Below are positions 55,201 to 64,000 of a stretch of DNA of 64,000 bases, piece by piece. The translations under genes were made by a program, and so were the position numbers. Numbering within the stretch: the first letter of the stretch is position 1; the number at the start of each line of letters is the position of its first letter. This DNA comes from Carpediemonas membranifera BICM. Its lineage: Eukaryota > Protista > Fornicata. The notes under the pieces are model-generated. The model did no database searches. It was given only the letters and a program-made list of their open reading frames with translations, and was not told the origin of the DNA. The DNA lies in NCBI GenBank assembly GCA_019828565.1, contig JAHDYR010000062.1, positions 669,666 to 733,665 of the forward strand. Reading direction: 5' to 3'.

Positions 55201-58200
55201 GCTGACATCTGACACGGACGAAGCTCTTCGCTCGCCCCTCGGCGTCAGACTACTTTTGACCCTAGTCAACTCAGATAGCAACGACTTGGCGCTCTGCTCT
55301 CTATCCACGCCATGGGACGACCTCCTGCTGCTCTTGGGCGGTGTCGGGGGTGGGTTGAATGACTCCGACTCCGACTCCACCCCAGTCGCTGTGGGTGGAG
55401 CAGTTTCGGTCGCGGTTTGCGGGGCAGTGGAGGGCTTGGAGTCGAGGTGCAGGTCTTGGGCGAGGGCGGCGATGGCGGACTGCTGGGCTGGTCCGATGGC
55501 CTCAGCAAGGACCTGAAGCTGGGTCTCGAACTCATTGAGCTTGGCCTCGCGGGCGTCCATCTCGTCCTCGTGCATGGCGATGTTCTCCGCCAGTTGTTCC
55601 AGGACCTCGAATCGGTCAGACAGCTCTGCTTCGAGCGCCTCGACCTCCGCCTCTCTGTCGTCGAGCCCCGTCTCTCTGCTATCCGCCGCCTGCTGTCTCA
55701 GAATCTCTGTCTCATCGACAACATACTCAGTTTCAATGGCGACAGAGATCATCTTCCTCCGGTGTCTCCGGTGGTGGATGGAGCGGGCAGATTCATCCGG
55801 TGATGGGGCGGCCGACCTCACCGACCGGGCAGACCGGTTCGAGTCGTGGGGTGACTCCACGAGCTTTGGCGTTTGCTTGTCCCTGGATGAAAGTGACTTC
55901 GACCTCTCTCTTGGCTCAGCGGCGACGTCCAGGCGGGGGATGACCAGGGCAGGGTAGGAGTCGCTGTCGACCCGTTCATAGCTCGCCTTGAAGGCAGCAG
56001 TGGCATCAGCGATGAACTGACTGTCAGGCGAGTCTGGTGCTGACGTCAGTGAGCTTGTGGATGCCGTCTGGTTGCCGTGTGCCAGGGTCTTGCCCTCCAC
56101 AGTCTGGTCATCCAGGGCCGTGGGCAGGGAGCTGGTGGACTCGGGCTTGCTGTCGGAAGTAGGGGGTGACCCAACAGTGCTCCGGGTCCCAGTAACAGGC
56201 CTGGGCGATTCCACAGGGCTGGGGTCATCCGTGGGCGGCGTGTCTGCTGCGAGGTCCTGTTGGGAGACTGGCCTCGGGGCCTCGGGGGCTGGGGCGGCAG
56301 GGTCAGGCTCCTCGGTGTCCAACTCTGCACGGCTGTCGTCAGCAGCATCGGTCTCATGGGCCTCCTCCTCCTCGATATCTTCGGCTGATAACTGGTCGAG
56401 GTCACTGGCTGGTGACGAGCGAGCGGTATGGGCCTCTGCCAGCCTGCTACTGAGCACAGCCTCCTCCTCCTCTTCCACTTCATCGTCCACCGCCGCATCG
56501 ACCTTAACCTCTGGCACCGTTCTAATGACCTCCACGTCCAGAGCTGCTGGGGGACGGGTAATTTCAGACTCGCTCTCGGTGTCCTCGGGCTCGGAGCCCT
56601 CGTCTATGGCCGGCATGTCCTCATCAGCGTCGGACAGCGCCCTCTCGGTGCCGCTGTCACTGCCAGTCTCTGTTTCAGTATCAGTCTCGCTGTCGCTGTC
56701 GTTGATCTCGTCCATTAGCTCCTCGACCTCGTCGACCAGGTTCTCACTATCAGACACGAGCTGCTCGGGTGAGTCGGCCATCCTCGTGTTGTTGAGCGTG
56801 TTGATCGTGGTTGTCATCACATCGAGCTCCCTGCTGAGTGCAGCAACCTCCGTGGCGTGCTCATCTCTGAGCTTCTTCAGTGCGGTGTCGTGGCTAGTGT
56901 TCATCTCGGCCTTCTGCTTGGCCAACTCGTGGGCATGCGCCTTGTTGATGGCGTCGAGCTGGGCGGAGAACTCCTTCTGGATCCTGCCTTGCTCCTCCAT
57001 GGTTGCCTGGGACTGCGAGGTGATCTTACTGTGCAGTTTAGAGGACAACGCCTCAATGTTACCCTGATACTCCTTCAACTTCGCCTGCAGCGCCTTATCA
57101 TTGTCCCTGGTGCCCATCATGTCCTTCAACGCGCGGACCTGCGCCTCAATCGCTGCGGTAGATTCCGCAGTTACCCGCTTCATCTGCCTAGCGTGGTCAG
57201 ACCTCATCTTGTCGAGCTCCTTGGCAGCCTGTTGCCTCGCCTTGGACATCATGCGCTCTCTACGCTCATCCATCTGGTACTGCAGCGTGGCACGGGCCTT
57301 CGAGTGAAGCTGTTCCTTACCTGCCAGATCCGACCGCAGCTTCCGTATCTCGTCCTGCATCTTGAGCTTCGAGATCTTCCCCCTCTGCTCCTCCTGGGTC
57401 AGCAGGGACCGTAACTGGGCGATCTGCGAGGCACTGGTCTTCTTCTCGGCAAGCAGCTCCTTCAACTTGACTTTCATCCGCGTGGTTCGCTCCTCTAATG
57501 TCCGCTGGAGCTGTTCGTTCTCGCGCTTCAAGTCAGCAAGTCTGCCTTCGAGCATAGTGTCCGATTTCATTGCCTTGGCCTCCTCCTTGGCGAGGCTGCC
57601 CTTGAGCTTGGCCATGTCGCTTTGGTATGACTTCTGAAGCGTCTTCAGCGCTGTGCTCTTCTCCCTGAGCTGAAGCGACGTCACGCGGTGCTTGTTGGTG
57701 AGGCTTCCCAGCTTCTCCTTCATGTCAGCGACCTGGGCGTTCGCTGAGGCGAGCTGGTTCTCGAGGTTCTGCGTGGCGATACGAACAGCACTGCTCTTGG
57801 CGACATTCATCTGTTGCAGTCGCTCGCCCATGATGTCCCTGATGGCGTTGCGAACGATGTTCTCGATGTGCTCTTTCGCGTTATCCAGCAGTGATACGGT
57901 CCTCCCTTGCTTCTGGGCGGTACGGTCGATCTCGGCATAGATGTCCTCGACGTGCTTCGTAAAAACCTCGTCGTCAAGCACGGGTGCGGCGGGCTCGTAA
58001 AAGAACATGGTCTCCGCGTCCTCGGGGGCGTCATCGTCATTGAGAACGAAGCCCTCGGTGATGTCATGGGTAGTCCCACCGATGGCCTCTGTGTGCGCGA
58101 GCTTGTTCTGGAAATCGGTCAGCTCTCGGTCGCGCTGGCGCTTGGCTGCACCGAACCACTGGTCGAGCGTGGCGAGACCTTCTTCTCTGCTGATACAAAG

Positions 58201-58620
58201 CTTCTCGAAGTCGACAAGGACGGACCTAGCAGCGTTCATGCCTGTCCGCATCTCGTCGTCGGGCACCTCGCGGCCATCGGCGAGCCGGATGGGCTGTGCG
58301 GTGTACTTATCGTGGCGTGTGACTGTGTGGCGTACTCTATCCTGGATCTCTGAGAGCTGCTTGGCTGTCTGAAGCTGGACGTCAAGCATGCTTTGCTCTA
58401 GGGCACTGCGGCCGCCAAAAGTCTCGTTTTGGACATCCACGAGTGGGCTTTCGTACTCATGGGGGTTGAAGATCGTCACGTACTCCGATTGAACGGGCTG
58501 GCGAGTACTCCAGCGCGTACGGATGTCGTTGATGCGCTTGTCGATCTCCTGCCCTTTAGTTCGTTGTACAGGAGGATCAACGCCGCTGTTTGCCTGCTTA
58601 GCAGGCTCACTTGGCGTCAT
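52249..58620 (-). CDS. 2123-aa coiled-coil/acidic low-complexity protein
   Basis: Long uninterrupted ORF with heptad-rich segments and no catalytic motif. Confidence 0.85.
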   Translation of the reverse strand: MTPSEPAKQANSGVDPPVQRTKGQEIDKRINDIRTRWSTRQPVQSEYVTIFNPHEYESPLVDVQNETFGGRSALEQSMLDVQLQTAKQLSEIQDRVRHTVTRHDKYTAQPIRLADGREVPDDEMRTGMNAARSVLVDFEKLCISREEGLATLDQWFGAAKRQRDRELTDFQNKLAHTEAIGGTTHDITEGFVLNDDDAPEDAETMFFYEPAAPVLDDEVFTKHVEDIYAEIDRTAQKQGRTVSLLDNAKEHIENIVRNAIRDIMGERLQQMNVAKSSAVRIATQNLENQLASANAQVADMKEKLGSLTNKHRVTSLQLREKSTALKTLQKSYQSDMAKLKGSLAKEEAKAMKSDTMLEGRLADLKRENEQLQRTLEERTTRMKVKLKELLAEKKTSASQIAQLRSLLTQEEQRGKISKLKMQDEIRKLRSDLAGKEQLHSKARATLQYQMDERRERMMSKARQQAAKELDKMRSDHARQMKRVTAESTAAIEAQVRALKDMMGTRDNDKALQAKLKEYQGNIEALSSKLHSKITSQSQATMEEQGRIQKEFSAQLDAINKAHAHELAKQKAEMNTSHDTALKKLRDEHATEVAALSRELDVMTTTINTLNNTRMADSPEQLVSDSENLVDEVEELMDEINDSDSETDTETETGSDSGTERALSDADEDMPAIDEGSEPEDTESESEITRPPAALDVEVIRTVPEVKVDAAVDDEVEEEEEAVLSSRLAEAHTARSSPASDLDQLSAEDIEEEEAHETDAADDSRAELDTEEPDPAAPAPEAPRPVSQQDLAADTPPTDDPSPVESPRPVTGTRSTVGSPPTSDSKPESTSSLPTALDDQTVEGKTLAHGNQTASTSSLTSAPDSPDSQFIADATAAFKASYERVDSDSYPALVIPRLDVAAEPRERSKSLSSRDKQTPKLVESPHDSNRSARSVRSAAPSPDESARSIHHRRHRRKMISVAIETEYVVDETEILRQQAADSRETGLDDREAEVEALEAELSDRFEVLEQLAENIAMHEDEMDAREAKLNEFETQLQVLAEAIGPAQQSAIAALAQDLHLDSKPSTAPQTATETAPPTATGVESESESFNPPPTPPKSSRRSSHGVDREQSAKSLLSELTRVKSSLTPRGERRASSVSDVSVHDRNRERELEAEIEHLKGVIDVMRMEHLNAELESELGEANTPHSGHLLTVLENNTSLSPRLVPNSDDAEILNVVSGQVTRVKSSRHSHRGFTPDRPSRSRGSESGDERQPTPQRSGSKPVSPHEQSDSEPEEHPEHMDIPEVPVTAPTQPQPKTTRKTPRSARMVVSVTQASTQTNPWMPTLPIRESPAAPVLVSDSAAGTTRSAREGSVQTTTPTDGTAARDMTTVAATVAVDTDLPPSLHAVSQADFDMLLAENGQLHELVQMKIASLEARERALEKAKATIVELELKADSAMLLGPASDTTERLTTLHQSLTEARTELLKVHQDNERLRTRLDSSEVELADTHEALEQARLAAKGDADFEAERRSLRSEVEDLRQQMVDLDAEHMRELQALTQEQSQGSKPLAALQEGLRRKLAERDTAIKQKAAKIRLLEAKLEASRLAAGAPQQAAESGHERLVFLSDNGAMPSKLENAFTQTRTRVIESVSTQTVPPKPPTPVFPNEIDDATEALIDAALMRHNDIVASMRASLGSVTRSLTSHLARYANSDSPMAGPTAAAQLQAVQTSLKSAENTAMRLSKLSALVIPTEDKITKAPIVSHIESLCRRELVKVCDTQIDALREIQPNVDMIRKGLQQKAGTVAAQAENAPCDDADRLKAVVAVSARELEAAKVEITKLQTDLHRARRMGADAQAAATRLQNELSQRDFELQRLLDVADAGRSAEQANIAATVKQRLAAQRKGMDKVSQALQRMEQRHRAALHNWESKRQMLLQEREANYARSLEAMGGIVDEVGYQLSLVRPTQTAPLPQRVLRRATFVPPQPVPASTVGLPAADLSERRRSIAYARSPAAATVLPPPEIEDTSPPQRVVGSRVPGQTWYRTPQKPPSGAVLEPVALPGKQPTIPDSAPAEGYGIGNNPRLAVLRQNRGYRPRWKHDEQTQRLLDAFMTRRKKLLPRIGASATIAEHLTTEARRPVSPLTPRVD

Positions 58621-58686
58621 GTGAAAAATTCAAAGCCGTTATTCACACATATCCTGCTCGCCATTTAATCAAGGAACCATGCGGTT

Positions 58687-59331
58687 TCAACGCGTGGCAA
58701 CAACACGCAGCTCCTCTGACATCCTCCTGTGCCTGTCCACGGCGTCTCTGCTCCGTCGCCAGTTGCTCATGGCAAGTCTTGACTCCCTCAGCTGCCGGGG
58801 GCCAAACGTCGAGAACTGCTTAGCAATACCCTCCAGCGTCCACGAGTCGGGCAGGAGAGACACGGAGAACCAGGTCCATGGCTTAGAGTGGTACCAACTT
58901 CTCATCTCGGCGTCCACAGTGAAAGACTTGCCTTGGGCCGTCTGGACCTCCCGGACGATGCCGCGGACGGAGCGCAGGATCGGTGCAGGGCATGTCTCGC
59001 CGTCCCTGTCATACTGGAAGCGGCCTTCGGGCACGAATGTCGTCTGCTTCGTCGTGCGGGAGACAGCCTGGAGGCCACGGGATACGCCGGGGGCATGGAG
59101 CGACCCCAGAAGGGGGAATGGGCTCAAATTGAGCGCTATGCCAAACTTGGGGTTAGTGGCGCGGCGTACAGCGCTGGAGAAGAACAGGCGCGCGAAGGGA
59201 GAGAGCTCCCAGCCGACATTGGTGAGATCCTTCCGGTCCCAGGAGAAAGAAGCGCCCATGGACCTCATGAGAGTGGGCCAGCCGACAAAACGGAATGCAG
59301 TTGATACTCCGAGAGCTGTGAGGAAAGTCAT
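58687..59331 (-). CDS. Hypothetical protein
   Basis: More protein-like composition than the overlapping + strand ORF; no motif recognised. Confidence 0.45.
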   Translation of the reverse strand: MTFLTALGVSTAFRFVGWPTLMRSMGASFSWDRKDLTNVGWELSPFARLFFSSAVRRATNPKFGIALNLSPFPLLGSLHAPGVSRGLQAVSRTTKQTTFVPEGRFQYDRDGETCPAPILRSVRGIVREVQTAQGKSFTVDAEMRSWYHSKPWTWFSVSLLPDSWTLEGIAKQFSTFGPRQLRESRLAMSNWRRSRDAVDRHRRMSEELRVVATR

Positions 59332-59635
59332 CCGCTTGCTACCGAGAAGAATGCTCGCAAACTCGCTTGGCGATGAAACCGGCTGCCCTGTGTCATTCCA
59401 TCGTCATTGTGAACAAACCTTGTGTGTAAAACCATGCTGGATCATTAAACCCCTGAACCATTCTGTCTTTCAGCTTCTTTCGATGATCGTCGTCATGGAC
59501 CTTGGTCAAGGCCGGTCATCGCAGGAGCCAGGACCTTGCAGACTGGATATGGCTATGGGTGCGGAGGTACGTCGTGCGCTGTGTCTGCGCTTCTGAATGT
59601 TGCAGTTTAAGAATCGACGACGCGGTTGTCATCAA

Positions 59636-60502
59636 ATGCCGAACGATCAGATCAGCGCTGAAGAGAAGGAAATATACGACAGACAGATCCGTATTTGGGG
59701 TCATTCTGTCCAAAGTCGCTTGAAGAATGCTCACGTTGCCGTGGTCGGCATCAATGGCCTGTCCGCGGAGATCGTGAAGGACCTTGTGCTCTCTGGCATC
59801 GGCGAACTCACTCTTGCGGACTTCTGCAAGCCATCTCACCGCGAGCTGGACTCCAACTTCCTCTTCCAGAACGAACTGAGCACCTCGGCCCCTATTGCTT
59901 CCCAAGTCGCCGACTACGTCCGCTCTCTGAACCCCTTCGTCCGCGTGCACCACAGAGACATGGAGGACATCGATAACATGAACACAGTGCTCACTACACC
60001 CTCACCAGTGCAACTAGTCGTCTTCTGTCGCCCACTGGAATTCCCACAGGCGTTCCGTCGCATCCTGCAGGAGTGCGCTGAGCATGAACCGGCTGTGCCA
60101 CTCATCACCGCTGGCCTGGCCGGGCTGCGGGGCTTTGCTATCCTCGACCTGATCCAGTACAAGCTGGCCACCGATGAGACTGCCGCAGTGTCTTACCCGT
60201 GCTCTCAGAGCGTGCTTGACATCAAGGAGGTCGACACCAAGCCCAGGGCGCACCTTAAGGTGCCTATTCTTCAGTCGGCAATTGACATTCTCAACGAGAA
60301 GGCTGACCTTCACGACAACGTCCTGGCCGGTCAGGTCGGGCTCCACTCGGCCCCGTCTTGCAGCATATTCGGGTCCATGCTGGCACAGACCATCATCCAG
60401 TACATAGGCGAGGACACGAACGGGTCCAAGCCGGCCAATGGGGCTAACATCCTGCTGTTCAACGAGGACGTCGTCAGTGCGGAGCGGCACCCCAAGTATT
60501 GA
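59636..60502 (+). CDS. SAE1: SUMO-activating enzyme subunit 1 (Aos1), ThiF family
   Basis: ISAEEKEIYDRQIRIWG, GLSAEIVKDLVLSGI, LNPFV and APSCSIFGSMLAQ. Confidence 0.85.
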   Translation: MPNDQISAEEKEIYDRQIRIWGHSVQSRLKNAHVAVVGINGLSAEIVKDLVLSGIGELTLADFCKPSHRELDSNFLFQNELSTSAPIASQVADYVRSLNPFVRVHHRDMEDIDNMNTVLTTPSPVQLVVFCRPLEFPQAFRRILQECAEHEPAVPLITAGLAGLRGFAILDLIQYKLATDETAAVSYPCSQSVLDIKEVDTKPRAHLKVPILQSAIDILNEKADLHDNVLAGQVGLHSAPSCSIFGSMLAQTIIQYIGEDTNGSKPANGANILLFNEDVVSAERHPKY

Positions 60503-60558
60503 GACGGTGGCAGTGTCTTTAGTAAAGTAGTCGCAGTGCGTATACATTATTTACATTC

Positions 60559-61545
60559 TTACCTGGTCCTACTCTTGCCGTAGTTTGTGGACGTATGCGT
60601 GGGAGAGTCCTCCTTCTGGCCATAGTTCGTGCTGTTGCTGCTGCTGTTGTCACTGGCGGTGTTATCAACCACAACGGTCTTGGTCTTCTTGACAACGGTA
60701 GGCCGATCCCGGATGACGACAGGCTCCGTGTAGATGGTCGGGCGGGAGAAGAACCCTCCCCACCGACGTTCCTTAGGGTAGTGGTGGTAATGGTGCACCT
60801 CAGGGTTGGAACCGGAGGCCATGGGGCGGGTTGAACGCCTGCCGTACGTGCTCCTCGGCTCCGTGCTGACGTATGCACCGTGGTAGTCTGGAGAGGTGTC
60901 CTCGGGGTAGAATTCGGAAGAGTGGGGTGCCGATGGCGGGGCAAGGGGCTCGGTTGGCTGGCGGGCATGGTGCGGGCCGGCATTACGGGGCCGGCAGTCA
61001 CAGAACTTCTTCATGAAGAAAAGGAAAAGGACGATGAAGCCAACCACGACGAGGAAATGGACGAAGCTGAAGTCATCGTCGTCCACGATCTCTGTGGTCT
61101 CTGTGGTGGTGTAGGTCTTCTGACCAGTGCCAGTGCTGCTGCTGGGCTGCACGTGTCTCGGCTGGCCCTTGAGAGCATACTCAATGTTGCAGGATCCAGG
61201 GACGATAAGGTGGTCGCCTGGGCCATTCCAGCCCTCGCAGACGATCTCAAAGCGGCCAAGCTCAACGCCTTCTGCAAGCTGAGCATCGCAGGCCCAATTG
61301 ACGCTATTCCCATCGAAACCAACATTGCGGCACTGAATTGTGGAAGGATTGTACTTTTGGGGCGTGGATCCACCAACACGAACCATAGATGGATATGTTT
61401 CACCTCTGCGAGAGGTTGTTCTCTCGCCATCGACGAAAGTCAAGACGGGGACGGACCGGAGGTCGATTGGGGACATATTGGACTCCCATGAGGCCAATGT
61501 AGACACTACGAGGATAAATACTAGAAGAATTGCAGCTGTCTTCAT
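60559..61545 (-). CDS. SARAF: SARAF/TMEM66 (DUF1183) homolog
   Basis: Signal peptide, TTSRRG, IQCRNVGFDGNSVNWAC, VCEGW..PGSCNIEY, a TM helix and C-terminal STNYGKSRTR. Confidence 0.85.
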   Translation of the reverse strand: MKTAAILLVFILVVSTLASWESNMSPIDLRSVPVLTFVDGERTTSRRGETYPSMVRVGGSTPQKYNPSTIQCRNVGFDGNSVNWACDAQLAEGVELGRFEIVCEGWNGPGDHLIVPGSCNIEYALKGQPRHVQPSSSTGTGQKTYTTTETTEIVDDDDFSFVHFLVVVGFIVLFLFFMKKFCDCRPRNAGPHHARQPTEPLAPPSAPHSSEFYPEDTSPDYHGAYVSTEPRSTYGRRSTRPMASGSNPEVHHYHHYPKERRWGGFFSRPTIYTEPVVIRDRPTVVKKTKTVVVDNTASDNSSSNSTNYGQKEDSPTHTSTNYGKSRTR

Positions 61546-61619
61546 TATTTGGTTATTGGTGACGCAGCGTGAAGTATCATAGAGTGCACAGTGCAAGCAC
61601 TGCGTCTCTCCACTTCAAT

Positions 61620-61692
61620 TAGCTTGCCCGGAGGCGAAGACTAGCGGCTGGTTAGCCGTAATTGGTGTATTGGGGTTATAGTTGGGAAGACG
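61620..61692 (-). ncRNA. Candidate omegaRNA scaffold, copy B
   Basis: Hairpins CGGCU-AACC-AGCCG (61645-61658) and UAG..CUU.GCC-UCCG-GGCAAGCUA (61620-61643) span the stop codon. Confidence 0.6.
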
Positions 61693-63016
61693 GGCTGGAG
61701 GTCTTGGATTTCTGAAAGCACTGCTTGATACTGTGCATCCGTCATGAGGCCGCAATCCACGATGTTCTGTGCAGCAGTCTTGTCTCTGTGGGAGAGATTG
61801 AGCCAAGTGGTGGTAGTAGGATCGGAATTGAGGCGTTGCTGTCTGTACCATGGAGCACCTTGACAATTCGGGTTGTGGCATCGCATCGTGCGCCTCGTGT
61901 AGCGAGTTCTACGGAACCTCGCGCGGCAGAAGGTGCAGACGAGTGAGGTTCGGAACTCGTTAGTCATCCGCACTTCAGCAGTGATGTTGAAAGCTCTCAT
62001 GATGTGTGGTAGTAAGGTAGCAAAGCGACCATACGGCGCGCATGGATGCACCCGACGGGGCGTCTTGAATCTAGCGCTTCCGTAGAAGACAACCAGCCTG
62101 GTGGGGGCTGCCCGGGGAGGGGCAATACCGCGAGGGAGTCGCCGAGGAGTCCATCCTAGGGTGCGAGCAAGCTGCTCCCCAGCTCTGTGGAAGTGCTTTT
62201 GACGCAAGATGTGGTTCATCAGGCGCATTCTGCGGAAGCTCTTGACCATCCCAGCGTCGAATATTTCCTGCTCGTGGAGGAGCACAAACCTAATCGAGTT
62301 TTGTAGACTATCTAGATTTGTACTTTTGAATGATGCAGGAGTCATATCGAACGCGAAGCTGGGGGTCTTGGTGTACCCACACTTCGGGACCACACCGGAG
62401 CTGGTGGTGCCATCTGGGTGGCGGATGAAGAATCCACCCAGAGCCCGAGCACCCGGGTCGAAACCCATGAGGTGGGCATCGGGGTCTGGCGCGGGGCGAG
62501 CATCTGCGTCATCCACACCCAGACGCTCCCGATCCTTTCGCTTCATCGTCGGGTTGCCACTGGCACGTCTGCTGACGTATGACAGAGCACCAACTTGGAC
62601 CGTGAGGTCCACGGCGACCCCATCTGTCTTGACAGACAGCACCCGACGGATGTTCGGAGGAAGAGCCTCCAGCAGCTCTCGCGTCATGCGCTCAGTGGCG
62701 TGATGCTCCGGGTCGACCCCAAGTTGGGCAAGCCAAGCCGGGTTCAGCACGTTGAGAGAACAGGGAACGTGCATGAACCCTGGGCGGACCGGAGCCATCG
62801 GGACAAGCGGAACAAGCTTGGGCCAGCCAGCGGCTTGTCACCCGGAAGAGGTGGATGGGCGGTGTTGAATGCCGCAACCATATCCGTGCGCAAGTGTGAA
62901 AGTACTTGGCCTTTGTGAACGAGCAGAGCCTGTTCTCCAATCCGGCGTAGAAGTCCGCGATGAAAAGGATCACGTTTCTACGGTTATGGAGAATGGAGGA
63001 TATGGAGAACTTGACC
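61641..63016 (-). mobile_element. Fanzor1-like RNA-guided nuclease copy B: intact RuvC triad in ORF 61641-62798, with a shifted/truncated N-terminal part upstream
   Basis: VKTDGVAV, MGFDPG (RuvC-I D), VFYGSARF, TNEFRTS (RuvC-II E), CTFC..CHNPNC and HRDKTAAQNI (RuvC-III D). The frame is closed by a TGA at 62838-62840. Confidence 0.88.
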
Positions 63017-63154
63017 GTAAGGTAAGTAAGTGCACCTTTGCACCAGATTTATCAAAGGCAAATAAGGGGTTACTGAGCGGATGACAGACCACACGCACGA
63101 TAGTGGCATACCGCTTATCGCCAATTGACCCGATAAATGCCATACAGCCATCAG

Positions 63155-63928
63155 TTATGCCGTTATCCACGCAATGGTGAACGGGTTTGCCTCGCCCGCG
63201 TCGCATGACGTCGCGTTTGGGTCAAAGTAAGGCGCCTCTAGACCATAGTCAATCTCATCTGGCTCAGGAGCGTCGCCACCCTCAAGATCGATTTCCTCGG
63301 CCTCCGGCTCCGGCTCCGGCTCTTGCTCTGGTGCTGGTGCTGGTGTTGGCATGATCACATGCGTAAAAACAGTCTTTCTGGTCGTCAACACACGCCGTCG
63401 CATCCCCCACTTCTTCGCTTTTCGGTTCCTGTACTCCTCAAGGAACCATCCGCCGAGCGGCAGCTCGAGGCCATGGAGGGCGCCTGCGATGGCGATTCTC
63501 CGGTAACATTCCACAGTGCCCACAACGACTGAGCACACACAGCTACACCCGACAACACCCCAGAAACAGCAATTCAGGCCGATGAGAATGATGATAAATA
63601 GTACTTCCGGGATACCACACGTCATAGGAGGTCCGAGGGTGTATAGATCGGCAGTGCAGCCCCCAATAACGTTGTCTATGGTACAGCAGACGCGGAACTC
63701 GTCGATGGAGCTGAGGGTGGCGCAGTCCAATGTCACATTAGACGTGGCGGTGACCGATGGGGAGTATATTAGGATGTAAGGGGAAAGGTTTGGTGTATTG
63801 TAGCAATCTCGTATCATCGTGGTCATTGTACGATGAAATGCTGGTGATGATAATACCACTGCCTGAACATGTATAGCATCGTACGAATTCCACTATTAGA
63901 AGCAGCAATAGCGCGTTGGCACATTTCA
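63155..63928 (-). CDS. Small Cys-rich membrane protein; the signal-peptide segment is in a different frame
   Basis: MKCANALLLLLIVEFVRC upstream, TM segment VLFIIILIGLNCCFWGVVG and an acidic PEPE tail. Confidence 0.5.
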
Positions 63929-64000
63929 TTTGTCCGTCTTTTTCTTTTTTTTTTGTCAAAAGATCTCGCCCGATCGGGAGATCGAATCGATTTTAGACAC

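Noticed and set aside
58679-59596. 305-aa + strand ORF and many other long antisense ORFs (e.g. 41463-42824, 56057-57067, 8748-9887)
   Set aside because: These are shadow frames of GC-rich genes on the opposite strand and carry no motifs.
63010-63035. Possible 26-nt GT..AG intron around the TAAGG tract upstream of Fanzor B
   Set aside because: The acceptor is AAG and the joined upstream peptide shows no Fanzor-like features.
1-64000. tRNA/rRNA genes, prokaryotic operons, and a transposase partner for Fanzor
   Set aside because: I recognised no cloverleaf, rRNA or DDE/HUH/serine-recombinase motifs by eye. The introns and gene content indicate a eukaryote.

Overview
This is gene-dense, GC-rich eukaryotic DNA with few, very short GT-AG introns (28-33 nt, read directly in three genes). 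The gene set includes SF-assemblin/beta-giardin, a NEK kinase, a single-domain PDI, a Cys-rich surface protein, NOG2, NOL6, PGK, PA2G4, SAE1, THADA and a DHHC enzyme. It points to a flagellated protist, by inference a free-living fornicate metamonad (Carpediemonas-like). The main discovery is two diverged, degenerate copies of a Fanzor1-type (eukaryotic TnpB-derived) RuvC/zinc-finger nuclease at 2896-3830 and 61641-~63016, both on the minus strand. Their 3' ends share a nucleotide-level two-hairpin motif with compensatory changes and C(UNCG)G tetraloops, which is a candidate omegaRNA scaffold. Other notable items are: a ~295-nt rod-like structured RNA candidate next to a bacterial-type ornithine decarboxylase relic; a prokaryote-type AmmeMemoRadiSam radical SAM gene placed behind a perfect 277-bp inverted copy of the PGK 3' end; a highly divergent myosin-head-like protein; a 5'-truncated retroposon with a 17-bp target-site duplication; and (TAAGG)n tracts at rearrangement junctions. 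All family calls come from motif recognition by eye. No database searches or folding programs were run.
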